A DNA stretch of 63,051 bases, filler included, from Chiloscyllium plagiosum (Eukaryota), in NCBI RefSeq assembly GCF_004010195.1. It is 4 parts of one record of this genome, joined end to end, with 100 filler letters (N's around TTAATTAATTAA, not from the genome) between each part and the next. Parts side by side here need not be neighbours in the genome. Positions count along the whole stretch, not along the records: positions 1 to 29,882 come from NC_057714.1; 3 more parts are not named here. One strand, given 5' to 3'. Below the pieces are notes generated by a model. It did not search any database, was not told the DNA's origin, and was given only the letters and a program-made list of their open reading frames with translations. Positions 13,621-26,392 of this stretch are shown here, one piece after another. The position numbers and the translations under genes are program-made. The stretch's first letter is position 1; each line of letters begins with the position of its first letter.

Positions 13621-14253
13621 GTAAATCTTTGCCCAAAAAGTTCAATTTTAGAATTCGGTCATGAAACCAAATTGGGGGAGTATTTACAATAAGAGAACAG
13701 CTGCTTAAATTACTAGAAGGCATTAATAAAAATATTGAGTAAACAAGTAATTATTAAATGAACTTCAGTATAGTTAAGTAAATAGTCCACCTCGATAGAA
13801 AGAGTGAAAGCCCATTTACTTTTTGGAAAATAAGTGTCCGAATGAAATTGAGAAATCATGAGCTTTCAGGTTAACTGATAAAGAAATTGGTCATAAAAGT
13901 CATTAAGGCATTAAAAACAAAATACCCACAGCATTGTTCACCAGTTAATTTTGAGATGACTAAAATTTTAAAATGGTCAAGTAACATTAATTTTTACGGG
14001 GCTTGGTTAGATCACACTTGGATTACTGCAAACAGCTGTATCATGCATATTAGGGGGAAAAATCATATTAATACAGTGGAGAAGATGAAGAAAAGATTTA
14101 CTAGAATAACACTAACACTGGTAAGTTAAATCCATCCAGAAAGGTTCAAAAGATGCATTTAAGAATAATCGCATGAAAGAGAAAGAAATGAAAAGGTAAG
14201 CTGATGAATTAAATGCAGAAGCATTGGGGGAGGCTCATGAGAGCCTAAATACA

Positions 14254-14410
14254 AGTTAAAAATCACACAGTACCAGGTTATAGTCCAACAAGTTTAATTG
14301 GAAGCACTAGCTTTCGGAGTACTGCTCCTTCATCAGATGGTTGTGCAGTATAAGATTGTAAGACACAGAATTTATAGCAAAAGTTTACAGTGTGAATGCA
14401 AACATTGAAA
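14254..14410 (-). mobile_element. PLE pseudo-LTR fragment (family C)
   Basis: Reverse complement of the 15554-15638 tail; contains an HHR. Confidence 0.8.
14305..14339 (-). ncRNA. Minimal type I hammerhead ribozyme (family C, intact core)
   Basis: Minus strand CAT-CTGATGA-AGGAG CAGTA CTCC-GAAAGCTA-GTG; stem III is the AGCU palindrome and the cleavage triplet is CUA. Confidence 0.8.
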
Positions 14411-14502
14411 CTATCACTGTTCCATATATCCCTGTTATTACTGACATACTTGAAGTTTTTCTTACTGTAAATGTTTCTCCTCTGCAGCTATTAACTTTAT
14501 CG

Positions 14503-14603
14503 TAACAAAAACAGAAATTGTCAGAAAAACTCAGCAGGTCTGACAGCATCTGTCGTGAGAAAGCAGTGTTAACATTTTGGGTCCAGTGACCTTTCTTCAG
14601 AAT
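14503..14603 (-). mobile_element. PLE pseudo-LTR fragment (family D) with decayed HHR
   Basis: Minus strand TT-CTGAAGA-AAGGTC ACTG GACCC-AAAATGTT-AAC, then a tail like that of 9867-10063. Confidence 0.72.
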
Positions 14604-15483
14604 TTCATTTTAATCATTACTTTGATCATCTCTAACATTCTGAACACCTGACACCCTTCCCTGTATTCATCCTGATGAGCCTGCTCCCCAATCTCCCTGT
14701 GGGATTTACACAGCCCATTTGCACTTTTTACCAAGGGCAGAGTTTCGGGTCAACAGCAATGGTTACATTAGAAAACAGACAATATACAAGACCTCATTTC
14801 CTAAAAAAGGTACAGTGAGCAGGACAGCATGAGACCTAATAAGACATTAATTAATTCTTATGGGGCTTGACTTAATGCAGCTCATTGCAGTGGACCCAAG
14901 ATGACTGGACTCATTCAATCATGGGAAAGGCCTTGTCTCAATCTGTCAGCAACAGGAAGATGAATTACATCGATGGGCAGAATGGGCTGATGCAGGACTC
15001 CCGAGCACTATCATTAATGGACCTAATTGACATGTGTTATCCCTGAGTTCAATCCAATTCAAGAGTGGCACAGAGATTATTTACAGACTGAATGGGTCTC
15101 TAGCGTCCCTGAAAGGTTGCCCTTTAAAAGCTCTGTGGCTTTTCCAGCAGCCTCTGGGGGTGGGAGGGAGTCCTGATAGTCAAGCATCTGTGCCTGGTGG
15201 AGAGACCACACATCGACGAGTGTGAGGTAGCTGCTAGAAGCCAACCTCTACATTTACTTCAAACATCTCTCCCTCTCCTTCCCCTGCAACCCTTATCCTC
15301 CAACTACCATCCTACCTTTACTCACCTGTGGCCTGGGGATTCCTCAAAAATTCTGGACCTCTGGTGGATTCACTGACACCAGCAGACACCACTCCTGCTG
15401 CTGACAAATTGAAGGGCCTCTGATTGGCCAAGAGAACTCAGTAGGAAGGAGTTCCCCTACTGAGGAGATCTCAATCCTGGGAA

Positions 15484-15638
15484 TGATTTGGAGATGCCAG
15501 TGTTGGACTGGGGTGTACAAAGTTAAAAATCGGAGCGCCGCTCCCTCCACTACCACCTGATGAAGGAGCGGCGCTTGAAAGCTAGTGTGCTTTCAATTAA
15601 ACCTGTTGGACTATACCCTGGTGTTGTGTGATTTTTAA
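15484..15638 (+). mobile_element. 155-bp PLE mini-insertion (inverted distal tail plus HHR plus tail, family C) with 14-bp TSD
   Basis: Perfect TSD CTCAATCCTGGGAA at 15470-15483 and 15639-15652; HHR CAC-CTGATGA-AGGAGCGGCGCTT-GAAAGCTA-GTG at 15554-15587. Confidence 0.88.
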
Positions 15639-16968
15639 CTCAATCCTGGGAAGGCCTGACTGAGGCTAATGAATTGCCTGAAAGGAACTTGAGTCTTGGA
15701 GCAGCTCTCTCATGGAACTGACCTGACAGATTCTCTGCTGGTTCTCATCAGTCGGTGAGACCTCCATCAGCCCATTAAACTCTCTGCTGTAATACTTCTG
15801 ATTTAAAAATATCTACTATGTATTCAATATAACCAAATTGTCTCAATTAAAAATATAAGTATCGAACAAAATCAAGTAAGTTTAAATACTACAGAAACAG
15901 ACAAACAAGAGAAAATCAAATGAAATAAATCAGTTTTTAAGTTTTAAAATTGGAAAGAAGTAAGGTAAGAGGTTAAAATAGTCCTTTTTTTAAAAAAAAG
16001 AAAAACACAATAAACTTCAGGATTAAATTAACAGCTATAATCTGGCATGATTATATCAAATGGCTGATAGGGGCAGGAGAAAGCCAATGTTCTTTTCAAT
16101 ATTGATGTGTGGCACCTAAAGGGATTTCAGCCCTACACCAATGTGTGCCTGATTCCAATCAGAAACATTGACAATATTGCACATTTGTCAAAAGCATTAA
16201 AATTTGACTTGATTTAGTAAACTTCAGTAGGTTCAGCACGATGTCAGTCAACCAGCTACACTTACAGTATTGATCACTTGTAGCAAAAGAATCCTCGTTA
16301 CAGTTTGTTATGCTATTTAATTTAAGCATATCCTTAAACTTAATCCATGAAATTTTGCTTTGCATTGCAGCTGCGTTAGACCATATTTATCTCATTTCAC
16401 TTGGTAGCCAATTGTATTTCTTGTTATTTGCATGTGTACATTTTTTTTTGAATCTGCAAGGTGCACTGACTTCGCAGTAGCTGAATTGATTGCTGGGGCA
16501 GTTATTGTGGTTTATATGATATGGATTGAAAGAAATGGTTGCTTAGGGATTGAACAGTGTTGCATCTTGATCTACAGATGCAGAACTGTAACTAAAGATA
16601 TGTCATGCACCACAGTGGCGTAGATCAAAGAAAATGTAGCAAGTAGAAAAAGTGAACGAGAGAGGGAGATAAGCTCCGAGTGGGAAAATAAGGATAGATC
16701 AAAGCAAATAGTACTTTTATTTTCCTGGCAGTAGTTTTATTTTGTGGGTAACAGTAAGTCTTCTACAGACCAATCAGAAATGAAAGCTATTGACGTGCTC
16801 ACGCTGAGATTTAATTTCCTTTGTATCATATTAAAACATCATTAAGCTGGATTACTGACTTCATTACAGATTGAAGAGTTTGTCAAGCGTACGTTATTGA
16901 TGGAAATTATTCTTTTGGCGGGTTTGTAGCATTAAAGCAGTCCTGTGAAAGAATACGGGATCAAATAC

Positions 16969-17240
16969 TGGGCAGCACGGTGGTTCAATCTCCGCCTCAG
17001 GCGACTGACTGTGTGGAGTTTGCACATTCTCCCCGTGTCTGCGTGGGTTTCCTCCGGGTGCTCTGGTTTCCTCCCACAGCCCAAAAAAAGAACGTGCAGG
17101 TCAGGTGAATTGGCCGTGCTAAATTGCCCGTAGTGTTAGGTGTAGGGGAATGGGTCTGGGTGGGTTGTACTTCGGCGGGGTCGGTGTGGACTTGTTGGGC
17201 CGAAGGGCCTGTTTCCACACTGTAAGTAATCTAATCTAGC
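16969..17240 (+). mobile_element. HE1-type SINE with deleted tRNA head and (TAATC)n tail
   Basis: Head gggcagcacggtgg joined directly to ttcaatc, HE1 core, tail gtaatctaatctag. Confidence 0.9.
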
Positions 17241-17879
17241 TCTTAAATATTCTGATTGTAGGGATATCAAAGCTGTCAGCAAATGCTGATGAAAGACCGG
17301 GAGGGGCGGGGTGGGGTGTCCACGCCTCAGGCTGCCGGTCAATCAACCTATTGCATATCAATGCCAATGGAGGAGTATCAGCTGTTTATAGTACGACTTC
17401 AACTCAATAAGAGACAATTGAGTTGGCCTGCTGGCATTTTCGGATTAGGAATGGGATTTACCTGTGGTCAATTGCCTCTCTCAACATGCGGGGTAACCAT
17501 TACTTGAATAGACATGGTCTTATTATAAAAAGCTGGAGATTTGGAGGCAAAGGCCTTGTGACACACTAAATAGAGTACCAGTAATAAAAACTGTACTAAG
17601 CGCTTTTCTGCTTGGTCCCTTTAAATTTTTATTTTTAATTTTGAGCTGTCTGTGACGTCAGCTACCTGCCTATCCATGTAGGCTGCTGAAGATCAAAGCC
17701 GCTCGTCCCCTGATTGACTGGTAGCACCAGGAGCTCATCCACTATCCTGAGTCAGAGGGTGAGCATAGAGAGAGCCAATTAAGGTACTGTTTCTGGGAAA
17801 ACACTTCCCCCAGTCTGACTCCCATTCAGTGTTAGTGTTACCGTTCTAAAGCTCCCAGAAAAGTCCTGCCCTTTGTCGT

Positions 17880-18470
17880 CCTAGTGATGTGCTTTCCTGC
17901 CAATTTTTTTTTTCATCAACAAATTTGACTATAATGCATTCAAGTGACTTATATATTTTGTAAATAGTTGAGACCCATATACTGATCCCTGTGGGATCCC
18001 ATTAGTTACAGGCACCAAGTAGAAAATGACCTATACATCTCAAATCTGTTTCCTGTTACTTAGCCAATTCCCTATCAATACCAATATAATTGCTTCCATA
18101 CCATGAGCACTCATCTGCAAAGTAACCTTTTTTGTGGCACCTCATTACATAGATTTTGGAAATCCAAATACATTACTTGACTGTGAAAGAATATGGGATG
18201 AAATACTGGGCAGCACGGTGGTTCAATCTCCGCCTCAGGCGACTGACTGTATGGAGTTTGCACATTCTCCCCGTGTCTGCGTGGGTTTCCTCCGGGTGTT
18301 CACCTTTATCCACCCTGTTCATGAAACTCAAGAAATTCCAACAAACAGTACTTTTTCATGAAACCATGTTTGTCACCAAACTATAATATGGTTTTCTAAA
18401 TTTGCTTGTACTATGACTTTTGCTACCATCTTGAAAAAGGTTTCCAGAATTTTCCCAATAACATTCTGAA
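17880..18470 (-). mobile_element. Old CR1 RT fragment containing a 118-bp insertion
   Basis: Reverse remnants of GIPQGSV, YLDFQ and HGF motifs. Confidence 0.7.
18181..18298 (+). repeat. 118-bp direct copy of 16943-17060 (unique flank plus SINE 5' part)
   Basis: Same length with 3 substitutions; includes the non-SINE flank ctgtgaaagaata and the same SINE-head deletion. Confidence 0.92.
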
Positions 18471-18920
18471 TTCATGCCATTCATCCATCCCACCTGCCTC
18501 CAATATATAAACTAATATCACAAAATAATCTCCTCCATTCATGATTTAAAGCACTCTTCCTGGCTGGATCTAAGCAATATTTGGTTCTAGTTGTTCCAGT
18601 GTTATATAAACTTCCTCAAGTTGAGCCTAATGGCTCACAAGTGACAATACATATGTGAGATGTAATGTAACTAATATGATGTAAAATGTATAATTTATAT
18701 ATATTATTGTCATTTGTTTTAGTATTTGGAATTTGAACAAGTGGCTTGTGGGTTTTGATTTGTGTGTCATGAAGGGGTACTAATTAAGTTATCAGCTTTT
18801 TTTGGAGCCATGATTTTAAACCAGTATATGTCAGAATACATCTGACTGTATTATGACCGAGAACAAACATTTAAAGGTATAAGCTTGCTTTTGGTTAAGA
18901 AGAATCAATAACTGTTTTTT

Positions 18921-19392
18921 AGAGTCATAGAGATGTACAGCATGGAAACAGACCCTTCGGTCCAACCCATCCATGCTGACCAGATATCCCAACCCAATCT
19001 AGTCCCACCTGCCAGCGCCTGGCCTATATCCCTCCAAATCCTTCCTATACATATACACATCCAAATGCCTCTTAAATGTTGCAATTATACCAGCCTCCAT
19101 CACATCTTCTGGCAGCTCATTCCATACATGTACTACCCTCTGCATGAAAAAGTTGCCCCTTAGGTCTCTTTTATATCTTTCCCCTCTCACCCTAAACCTA
19201 TGCCCTCTAGTTCTGGACTCCCCGACCCCAGGGAAAAAGACTTTGTCTATTTATCCGATCCATGCCCCTCATATTTTTGTAAACCTCTATAAGATCACCC
19301 CTCAGCCTCCGACGCTCCTAGGAAAACAGCCCCAGCCTGTTCAGCCTCTCCTGTAGCTCAGATCCTCCAACCCTGGCAACATCCTTGTAAAT
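18921..19392 (-). mobile_element. Young CR1 (HER1-type) 3' end
   Basis: Terminus agagtcatagagatgtacagcatggaaacagacc; RDLRGNFFMQRVVHVWNELP. Confidence 0.93.
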
Positions 19393-19393
19393 G

Positions 19394-19908
19394 CAAGATT
19401 TGTGAAGGTTTGTAGCTCAGGCTGAGGTTTAGGGTGTGGGTTTGCTATCCAGACGTTTCATTACCTGGCTAGGTAACATCATCAGTGGCGACCTCCAAGT
19501 GAAGCGAAGCTGTTCTCTCCTGCTTTCTATTTATATGTTTGTCCTGGATGGGGCTCCGGGGTTTGTGGTGATGTCATTTCCTGTTTGTTTTCTGAGGGGT
19601 TGATAGTTGGTATCTAGATCTATGTGTTTGTTTATGGCGTTGTGGTTGGAGCGCCAGGTCTCTAGGAATTCTCTGGCATGTCTTTGCTTAGCCTGTCCCA
19701 GGATAGATGTGTATTCCCAGTTGAATTGGTGGGTTTTTTTCATCCGTGTGTAGGGCTACGAGGGAGAGAGGGCTGTGTCTTTTTGTGGCTAGCTGGTGTT
19801 CGTGTATCCTGGTGGCTAACTTTCTTCCTGTTTGTCCTATGTAGTGTTTGTGGCAGCCCTTGCATGGAATTTTGTAGATGACGTTGGTTTTGTCCATGGG
19901 TTGTACTG
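19394..19908 (-). mobile_element. Penelope/Poseidon-like PLE: GIY-YIG endonuclease plus pseudo-LTR (family B)
   Basis: NVIYKIPCKGCHKHYIGQTGRKLATRIHEH, REFLETW, INKHIDLD; inserted in CR1 and runs into a gap. Confidence 0.92.
19449..19488 (-). ncRNA. Minimal type I hammerhead ribozyme (family B, intact)
   Basis: Minus strand CCA-CTGATGA-T GTTACCT AGCC AGGTAAT-GAAACGTC-TGG; 7-bp stem II, ACGU stem III, GUC site. Confidence 0.85.
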
Positions 19909-20905
19909 GNNNNNNNNNNNNNNNNNNNNNNNNNNNNNNNNNNNNNNNNNNNNNNNNNNNNNNNNNNNNNNNNNNNNNNNNNNNNNNNNNNNNNNNNNNN
20001 NNNNNNNNNNNNNNNNNNNNNNNNNNNNNNNNNNNNNNNNNNNNNNNNNNNNNNNNNNNNNNNNNNNNNNNNNNNNNNNNNNNNNNNNNNNNNNNNNNNN
20101 NNNNNNNNNNNNNNNNNNNNNNNNNNNNNNNNNNNNNNNNNNNNNNNNNNNNNNNNNNNNNNNNNNNNNNNNNNNNNNNNNNNNNNNNNNNNNNNNNNNN
20201 NNNNNNNNNNNNNNNNNNNNNNNNNNNNNNNNNNNNNNNNNNNNNNNNNNNNNNNNNNNNNNNNNNNNNNNNNNNNNNNNNNNNNNNNNNNNNNNNNNNN
20301 NNNNNNNNNNNNNNNNNNNNNNNNNNNNNNNNNNNNNNNNNNNNNNNNNNNNNNNNNNNNNNNNNNNNNNNNNNNNNNNNNNNNNNNNNNNNNNNNNNNN
20401 NNNNNNNNNNNNNNNNNNNNNNNNNNNNNNNNNNNNNNNNNNNNNNNNNNNNNNNNNNNNNNNNNNNNNNNNNNNNNNNNNNNNNNNNNNNNNNNNNNNN
20501 NNNNNNNNNNNNNNNNNNNNNNNNNNNNNNNNNNNNNNNNNNNNNNNNNNNNNNNNNNNNNNNNNNNNNNNNNNNNNNNNNNNNNNNNNNNNNNNNNNNN
20601 NNNNNNNNNNNNNNNNNNNNNNNNNNNNNNNNNNNNNNNNNNNNNNNNNNNNNNNNNNNNNNNNNNNNNNNNNNNNNNNNNNNNNNNNNNNNNNNNNNNN
20701 NNNNNNNNNNNNNNNNNNNNNNNNNNNNNNNNNNNNNNNNNNNNNNNNNNNNNNNNNNNNNNNNNNNNNNNNNNNNNNNNNNNNNNNNNNNNNNNNNNNN
20801 NNNNNNNNNNNNNNNNNNNNNNNNNNNNNNNNNNNNNNNNNNNNNNNNNNNNNNNNNNNNNNNNNNNNNNNNNNNNNNNNNNNNNNNNNNNNNNNNNNNN
20901 NNNNN

Positions 20906-23298
20906 TCTTCTAAGGATTCACTCGATCTAACCTGTCTATACCTGACATATGCTTCTTTCTTTTTCTTAACCAAAACCTCAATTTCTTTAGTCATCCAGCA
21001 TTCCCTATACCTACCATCCTTCCCTTTCACCCTGACAGGAATATACTTTCTCTGGATTCTTGTTATCTCATTTCTGAAGGCTTCCCATTTTCCAGCCAGC
21101 CCTTTACATGCGAACATCTGCCTCCTATCAGCTTTCAAAAGTTCTTGCCTAATAACGTCAAAATTGGCCTTTCTCCAATTTAGAATTCATCTTTTAGATC
21201 TGGTCTATCTTTTTCCATCACTATTTTAAAACGAATAGAATTATGGTCGCTGGCCCCAAAGTGCTCCCCCACTGACACCTCAGTCACCTGCCCTGCCTTA
21301 GTTCCCAAGAGTAGGTCAAGTTTTGCACCTTCTCTAGTCGGTACATCCACATACTGAATCAGAAAGTTGTCTTGTACACATGTAAGAAATACCTCTACAT
21401 CTAAACCTTTAACACTATGGCAGTCCCAGTCGATGTTTGGAAAGTTAAAATCCTCTACCATAACCACCCTATTATTCTTACAGACAGTTGAGATCACCTT
21501 GCAAGTTTGTTTCTCAATTTCCCTCTGACTATTGGGGTGTCGGTAATTGAATCCCAAGCAGGTGATCATCCCTTTCTTATTTCTCAGTTCCACCCAAATA
21601 ACTTCACTGGATGTATTTCTGGGAATATCCTCCCTCAGCACAGCTGTAATGCTATCCCTTATCAAAAATGCCACTTCCCCTCCTCTCTTGCCTCTCTTTC
21701 TATCCTTCCTGTAGCATTTGTATCCTGGAAAATTAAGCTGCCAGTCCTGCCCATCTCTGAGCCATGTTTCCGTAATTGCTATGATATCCCAGTCCCATGT
21801 TCCTAACCATGCGTTGAGTTCTTCTGCCTTCCCTGTTAAACCCCTTGCATTGAAATAAATACAGTTTAATTTATTAGTCCTACCTTGTCCCTGCCTACCC
21901 TGACTGTTTGTTTGTTTGACTCACTTCTGTTCTCAGCTGTACCCGTCTCAGATCGATCTCTTTCCTCACTATCTCCCTGGGTCCCACCTCCCCACCTTAC
22001 TAGTTTAAATCCTCCCAAGCAGTTCCAGCAAATTTCCCTGCCAGTATATTAGTCCCCTTCCAATTTAGGAGCAATCCATTCTTCTTGTACAGGTCACTTC
22101 TACCCCAAAAGAGATTCCAATGATCCAAAAATGTGAATCCTTTTCCCATACACCAGCTCCTCAGCCATGCATTCCTGCCCTCACTAGCCTGTAGCACTGG
22201 GAGTAATCCAGATATTACTACCCTTAAGGACCTCCTTTTTAAATTTCTGCCTAACTCTCTGTAATCCCCCTTCAGAATCTCAACCTTTTCCCTTCCAATG
22301 CTGTTGGTTCCAGTATGGACAATGACCTCCTGCTGGCCCCTCTCCTCTGTGAGAACATTCTGCACCCTCTCTGAAACATCCTTGATCCTGGCACCAGGGA
22401 AACAACACACTATTCTGCTTTTTCTCTGCTGGCCACAGAAACATCTGCCTGTACCACTGACTACAGAATCCCCTAACACAATTGATCTCTTGGAAGCCGA
22501 CGTACCCCTCGTTGCATTAGAGCCAGTCTCAATACCAGAAACTTGGCTGTTTGTGCTATGTTCCCCTGAGAATCCATCACCCCCTACATTTTCCAAAACA
22601 GCATACCTGTTTGAAATGGGTATATTCACAAAAGACACCTGCACTAGCTGCCTACCTCTCTTACCCTTCATGAAGTTAACCCATCTATGTGGCTGTATCT
22701 GAGACTTTCCCCCCTTCCTATAACTGCCATCCATCACATACTGTGCTGTTGCAAATTCCTCATCGCTTCTATCTTTCTCTCCAACTGATCCACTCAATCT
22801 GATAAGATTCCCGTCCAACAGCATTTATGGCAGATATAATTCGCAGTAACCCTTAAACCCTCTTTAAACTCCCACATCTGACAATAAGTACATATCACTG
22901 CAAAGGCCATTTTTGCTCCTTCACAATCTACAAACCCAGAAAATATCACCATCTTATTCCTCTACAATCCGTGCCCCAGGTTAAATTAATAGCTATGGCT
23001 TATATTTTAAGTTTAATCAAGAGACTTATCTCCAAGAACATATAATCAAGAAAGAATCCACTGTACCCACTACTGCAGCCTTTCTCTCGGACAGACTTAA
23101 AACAACAATTAACTTATCTGATTCTGTGCTGTGAACTTCGCCCAACAGTTCCTCCAAGATTAGTTGTGAATTTCACTCTCTGTTAATTTTCCCAGATGCA
23201 CTCCGATGTCCAGTGATACACGAATTCAAACAGCAAAGGCGGTAACTGTGCAGGTTCCCTCTCTCTCTCTCTCTCTCTCCTGCACTGTCCTAACCATT
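20906..23298 (-). mobile_element. CR1 LINE 5' half: 5' UTR, ORF1 (esterase) and APE endonuclease
   Basis: ORF1 IVLGDSVV, CFPGARIKDV, VHTGTNSI, NGLLLN; endonuclease DFNFPNIDW, PTREGAKLDLLL, SDHNSI. Probably the same copy as 18921-19392. Confidence 0.93.
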
Positions 23299-23299
23299 G

Positions 23300-24131
23300 T
23301 TAAGAAATGACTAATAGATTGGAGGCTCTTGATTTAAGCTAAAATCCGATCTGGCTGGGGTCAAATTAAGAAGAGTCTTTCTTTCCTGGAGAAAGGAGTT
23401 AGTTCAGAATACAGTTAGTTCTGTTATGCTGCAGTAATTCCATTCTCGTGCAATGCTGTATTACAAGAAAATTGCATAATAGCAGTGCCATTTAAACAAA
23501 TGGGGTTGGAATCACATTATAAGCAATGCACCCTTTAAAAGTTCATGCTATAGAAAGTGTTCCCAATTAGTCCGTCACATTATAGCGAATTCATGATAAT
23601 AAAATGTGCATTATAGCAGAACGACCTATAGTTGGAAATGGATTATCCGTAAGTTAATTTGAATATTTCAGACCAGAATGGGTTTATTTAAAAACCTCGA
23701 AGGATTTGCTTGAAGCTAAGAAATTTCCACACAGTAGTGTGAATGATCATGGAAGAGGCTATCAAACTCTATAATCTGGCAGTTGAAAGAAATGGATAAG
23801 TCAAATGTAAAGATGTTAGAAAAGTGAACTTTCTCATTGTTATTTGAGTACTGCAAAGTTTTGGTATTGGGAACAGATGGGATTTTATTTTGCCATGTGT
23901 TTTGCAATCTTTCAAATTGCATTATATGTAAATAGCTTGGTTTATTCCATTTTCTTAATTTCTTTTGTGTGATAAACTTCTGTTTTATTGTTTAAAATTA
24001 AGTCTGCAGCATTGCATACTTGGTTTCAGTGGAAATCTACCATGATAAATAAAACCAAAACAAGATATAATCCCTCAAACCATGTCTGGGATCTGACATG
24101 TCCAATTGCAACATCAGTTGGAATCATAACA
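23300..24131 (+). mobile_element. LTR-like repeat ending ...TGGAATCATAACA
   Basis: Its terminal ~50 nt match, in reverse complement, the element starting TGTTATGATTCCA at 37358. Confidence 0.5.
23412..23628. mobile_element. Tigger/pogo-type MITE
   Basis: TA-CAGTTAGTTCTGTTAT ... ATAGCAGAACGACCTA-TA: imperfect terminal inverted repeats (TIRs) with a TA TSD. Confidence 0.7.
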
Positions 24132-24169
24132 TTAGATAAGAATTACTCTCTAATAAATCCTTGTTGCTT

Positions 24170-25070
24170 TTTTTAAGACTGAGTCTATCATCTGCTGAAG
24201 ATTTTGTGTCGACAAATTTCCCAAGTAGATCAAACTAATGCCAATAAGAAGGATTGATGGCAATGAATGTATTTGAGGTTTCTCAAGTCATAGAAATATA
24301 TTACATTGACATCTGACAGTATAATACTTATGAGTGCTTGACAGCATTGTTTCATACTTATTACTAAGTTATCAGCAAATTTAGCAACGATACATTTCAT
24401 TGTCATCTGAGTCATTCATATCACAGTTGAGGCCCCAGCATGTGGCATTTCATTCATTACAGGTCACCAATTGAAAATCTCCTCACTTATGCCTACTCTC
24501 TATTTCCTATTAGCTAACCAATCCTTTATCTATGATAATATGTTAAAACTTACACCATAAGTTCTTACTTTGAGGAAACTTTCAATGTGGCACCTTGTCA
24601 AATACCTTCTGGAAGTCTAAGTACACCACATTCACAGGTTCCCCTTTATCCACCTTGTTTACTTCCTCAAATGACTCCAATAAATGAGTCAAATGAAATT
24701 GATATTTCGCAAAGTAATGTTGATGATGCTTGATGGCATAAAGACTTTTTAAGTTGACTGTTATGATCTGGTTAAGAATAGATTCAAGCACTTACCTTAT
24801 GACAAATGATAAACTAACTGGCTTGTAGTTCCCTGTTTTACATCCCCACCCCGAATCGAAGAATAACATTCATTATTTTCCATTTGCAAATTTCTAATCT
24901 GCTGGGAGCTTCTCCAGTATCTGGAGAGTTTTGGATAATTGCAACCAATAAATTGCCTATCTCTGGAGATATCAGGTCCAAAGGACTTGTTAGTTTTTAG
25001 TCTCATTGGTTAGCCTCGTGCGTTTTCTCTACACAATACGATTGTTCAATGTTCCTCCCTCCAATGGTAC
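24170..25070 (-). mobile_element. Old CR1 RT fragment
   Basis: LTHLLESFEEV, VVYLDFQKVFDKVPH, AKFADN. Confidence 0.8.
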
Positions 25071-25481
25071 AAATCTCATAGATTTCTAGTTTCATCACAG
25101 ATGTGTGTCCCATTCTTTGTTTCATGTTCTGTAAAGTTACAAGAAGTAAATGACTAAAACCTTGTGGTTATTTCTTTGTTTGTTGCCTATGAGGATTCCT
25201 GAATGTAATTTTCTGCTTACCCTTGGTGATGCTATCACAATTATAGGATGTTAGAAATTGTCTTCATTGCCTAACGCTAGGAAAGATGAAATAAATGCCA
25301 GAGCTCACTAATACTTTGTCAGCATTCTTTCTCGTCAGTGATAAAAGTTGTCATTTTACTGCTGAATGAAAAGTTCAGGCCACTGTCACGCAGCTGTTAT
25401 TGTGTTGCTGTTTGCATACAAAATATTCCAAAATAATTAATGCAACAAATTAACTATTTTTAATTCTTAGTTATAATCTCA

Positions 25482-25805
25482 TGGATGGCACAGTGGTTCA
25501 GTGGTTAGCACTGCGACCTCACAGCACCAGGGACCTGGGTTCAATTCCAGCCTCGGGTGATTGTGCAAACTCCACTGACATTCTCCCCGTGTCTGCGTGG
25601 GTTTCCTCCTGCAATCCAGAGATGTGCAGGTTAGGTGAATTGGCCATGCTAAATTGCCTATTGTGTTCAGGTATGTATAAGGTGCATTAGTCAAGGGTAA
25701 ATATAGGATAATAGGGTAAGGGAATGGGTCTGGGTGGTTTACTCTTTGGAGGGTGGGTGTAGACTTGTTGGGCTGAAGCTTCTGTTTCCACACTGTAGGG
25801 ATTCT
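25482..25805 (+). mobile_element. Near full-length HE1-type tRNA-derived SINE
   Basis: A-box gtggttcagtggttagc, B-box ggttcaattcc, HE1 core and LINE-derived tail. Confidence 0.92.
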
Positions 25806-25949
25806 TTTTTTTAAAAAAAAAAGCTCAAAATTTGTTTTATTCTGATGTAGTGTTAAATACCACCATTTCTCAGTTGCTTTCAGTTCTGAAAAAGGGGTCC
25901 TGGACTCAACATTAACTCTGTTCCTTTCTTTAAATATAGTTCTTTCTTT

Positions 25950-26385
25950 TAAGGATGTTGAGGAGCATGGAAGGTTTGAGTTATAAAGAAAGACTGGATA
26001 GGCTGGAACTTTTTTTTCACGGGATCGTAGTAAGTTAAAGGTTGAACTGATAGAAGTTCATAAAATGAGAACTATGTATAGAGTTAATGGTAGTTTGTTT
26101 TCTCTAGAAATGGGGATTTTAAAACTAGGGGGCAGATTTTTAGGGTACGAGGAAAGATTTTAAAAAAGACGAGGCAATTTTTTTAAGCAGAGTGTGGTTC
26201 ATGTGTGAAATAAACTTCCTGAGGAAGTGGCAGATGTAGGTACAATTACAATATTTAAAAAATCATTTGAATAAGTACGTGAATAGAAAAAATTTGAAGG
26301 GATATTGGCCAGGAGCAAGCAGGACTAGTTTAGTTTGGGATTATGTTCGGCATTGAGAGTTCTGTTTCTGTGCTGTGTGACTCTA
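25950..26385 (+). mobile_element. CR1 (HER1-type) 3' end
   Basis: LSYKERLDRLEL and NKLPEEV remnants; tail gtgactcta. Confidence 0.85.
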
Positions 26386-26392
26386 TGCTGCC

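Noticed and set aside
19832..21229. Long ORFs of 200-465 aa in the ORF track (also near 724-1788 and 31795-32501)
   Set aside because: Their length comes from translating N gaps as X
22000..22824. 274-aa ORF with SGNH hydrolase motifs as a possible host esterase
   Set aside because: It is CR1 ORF1, lying directly upstream of the LINE endonuclease and present in three copies in the window
25482..25560. tRNA-like A and B boxes
   Set aside because: Head of an HE1 SINE followed by the SINE core and tail; not a tRNA gene
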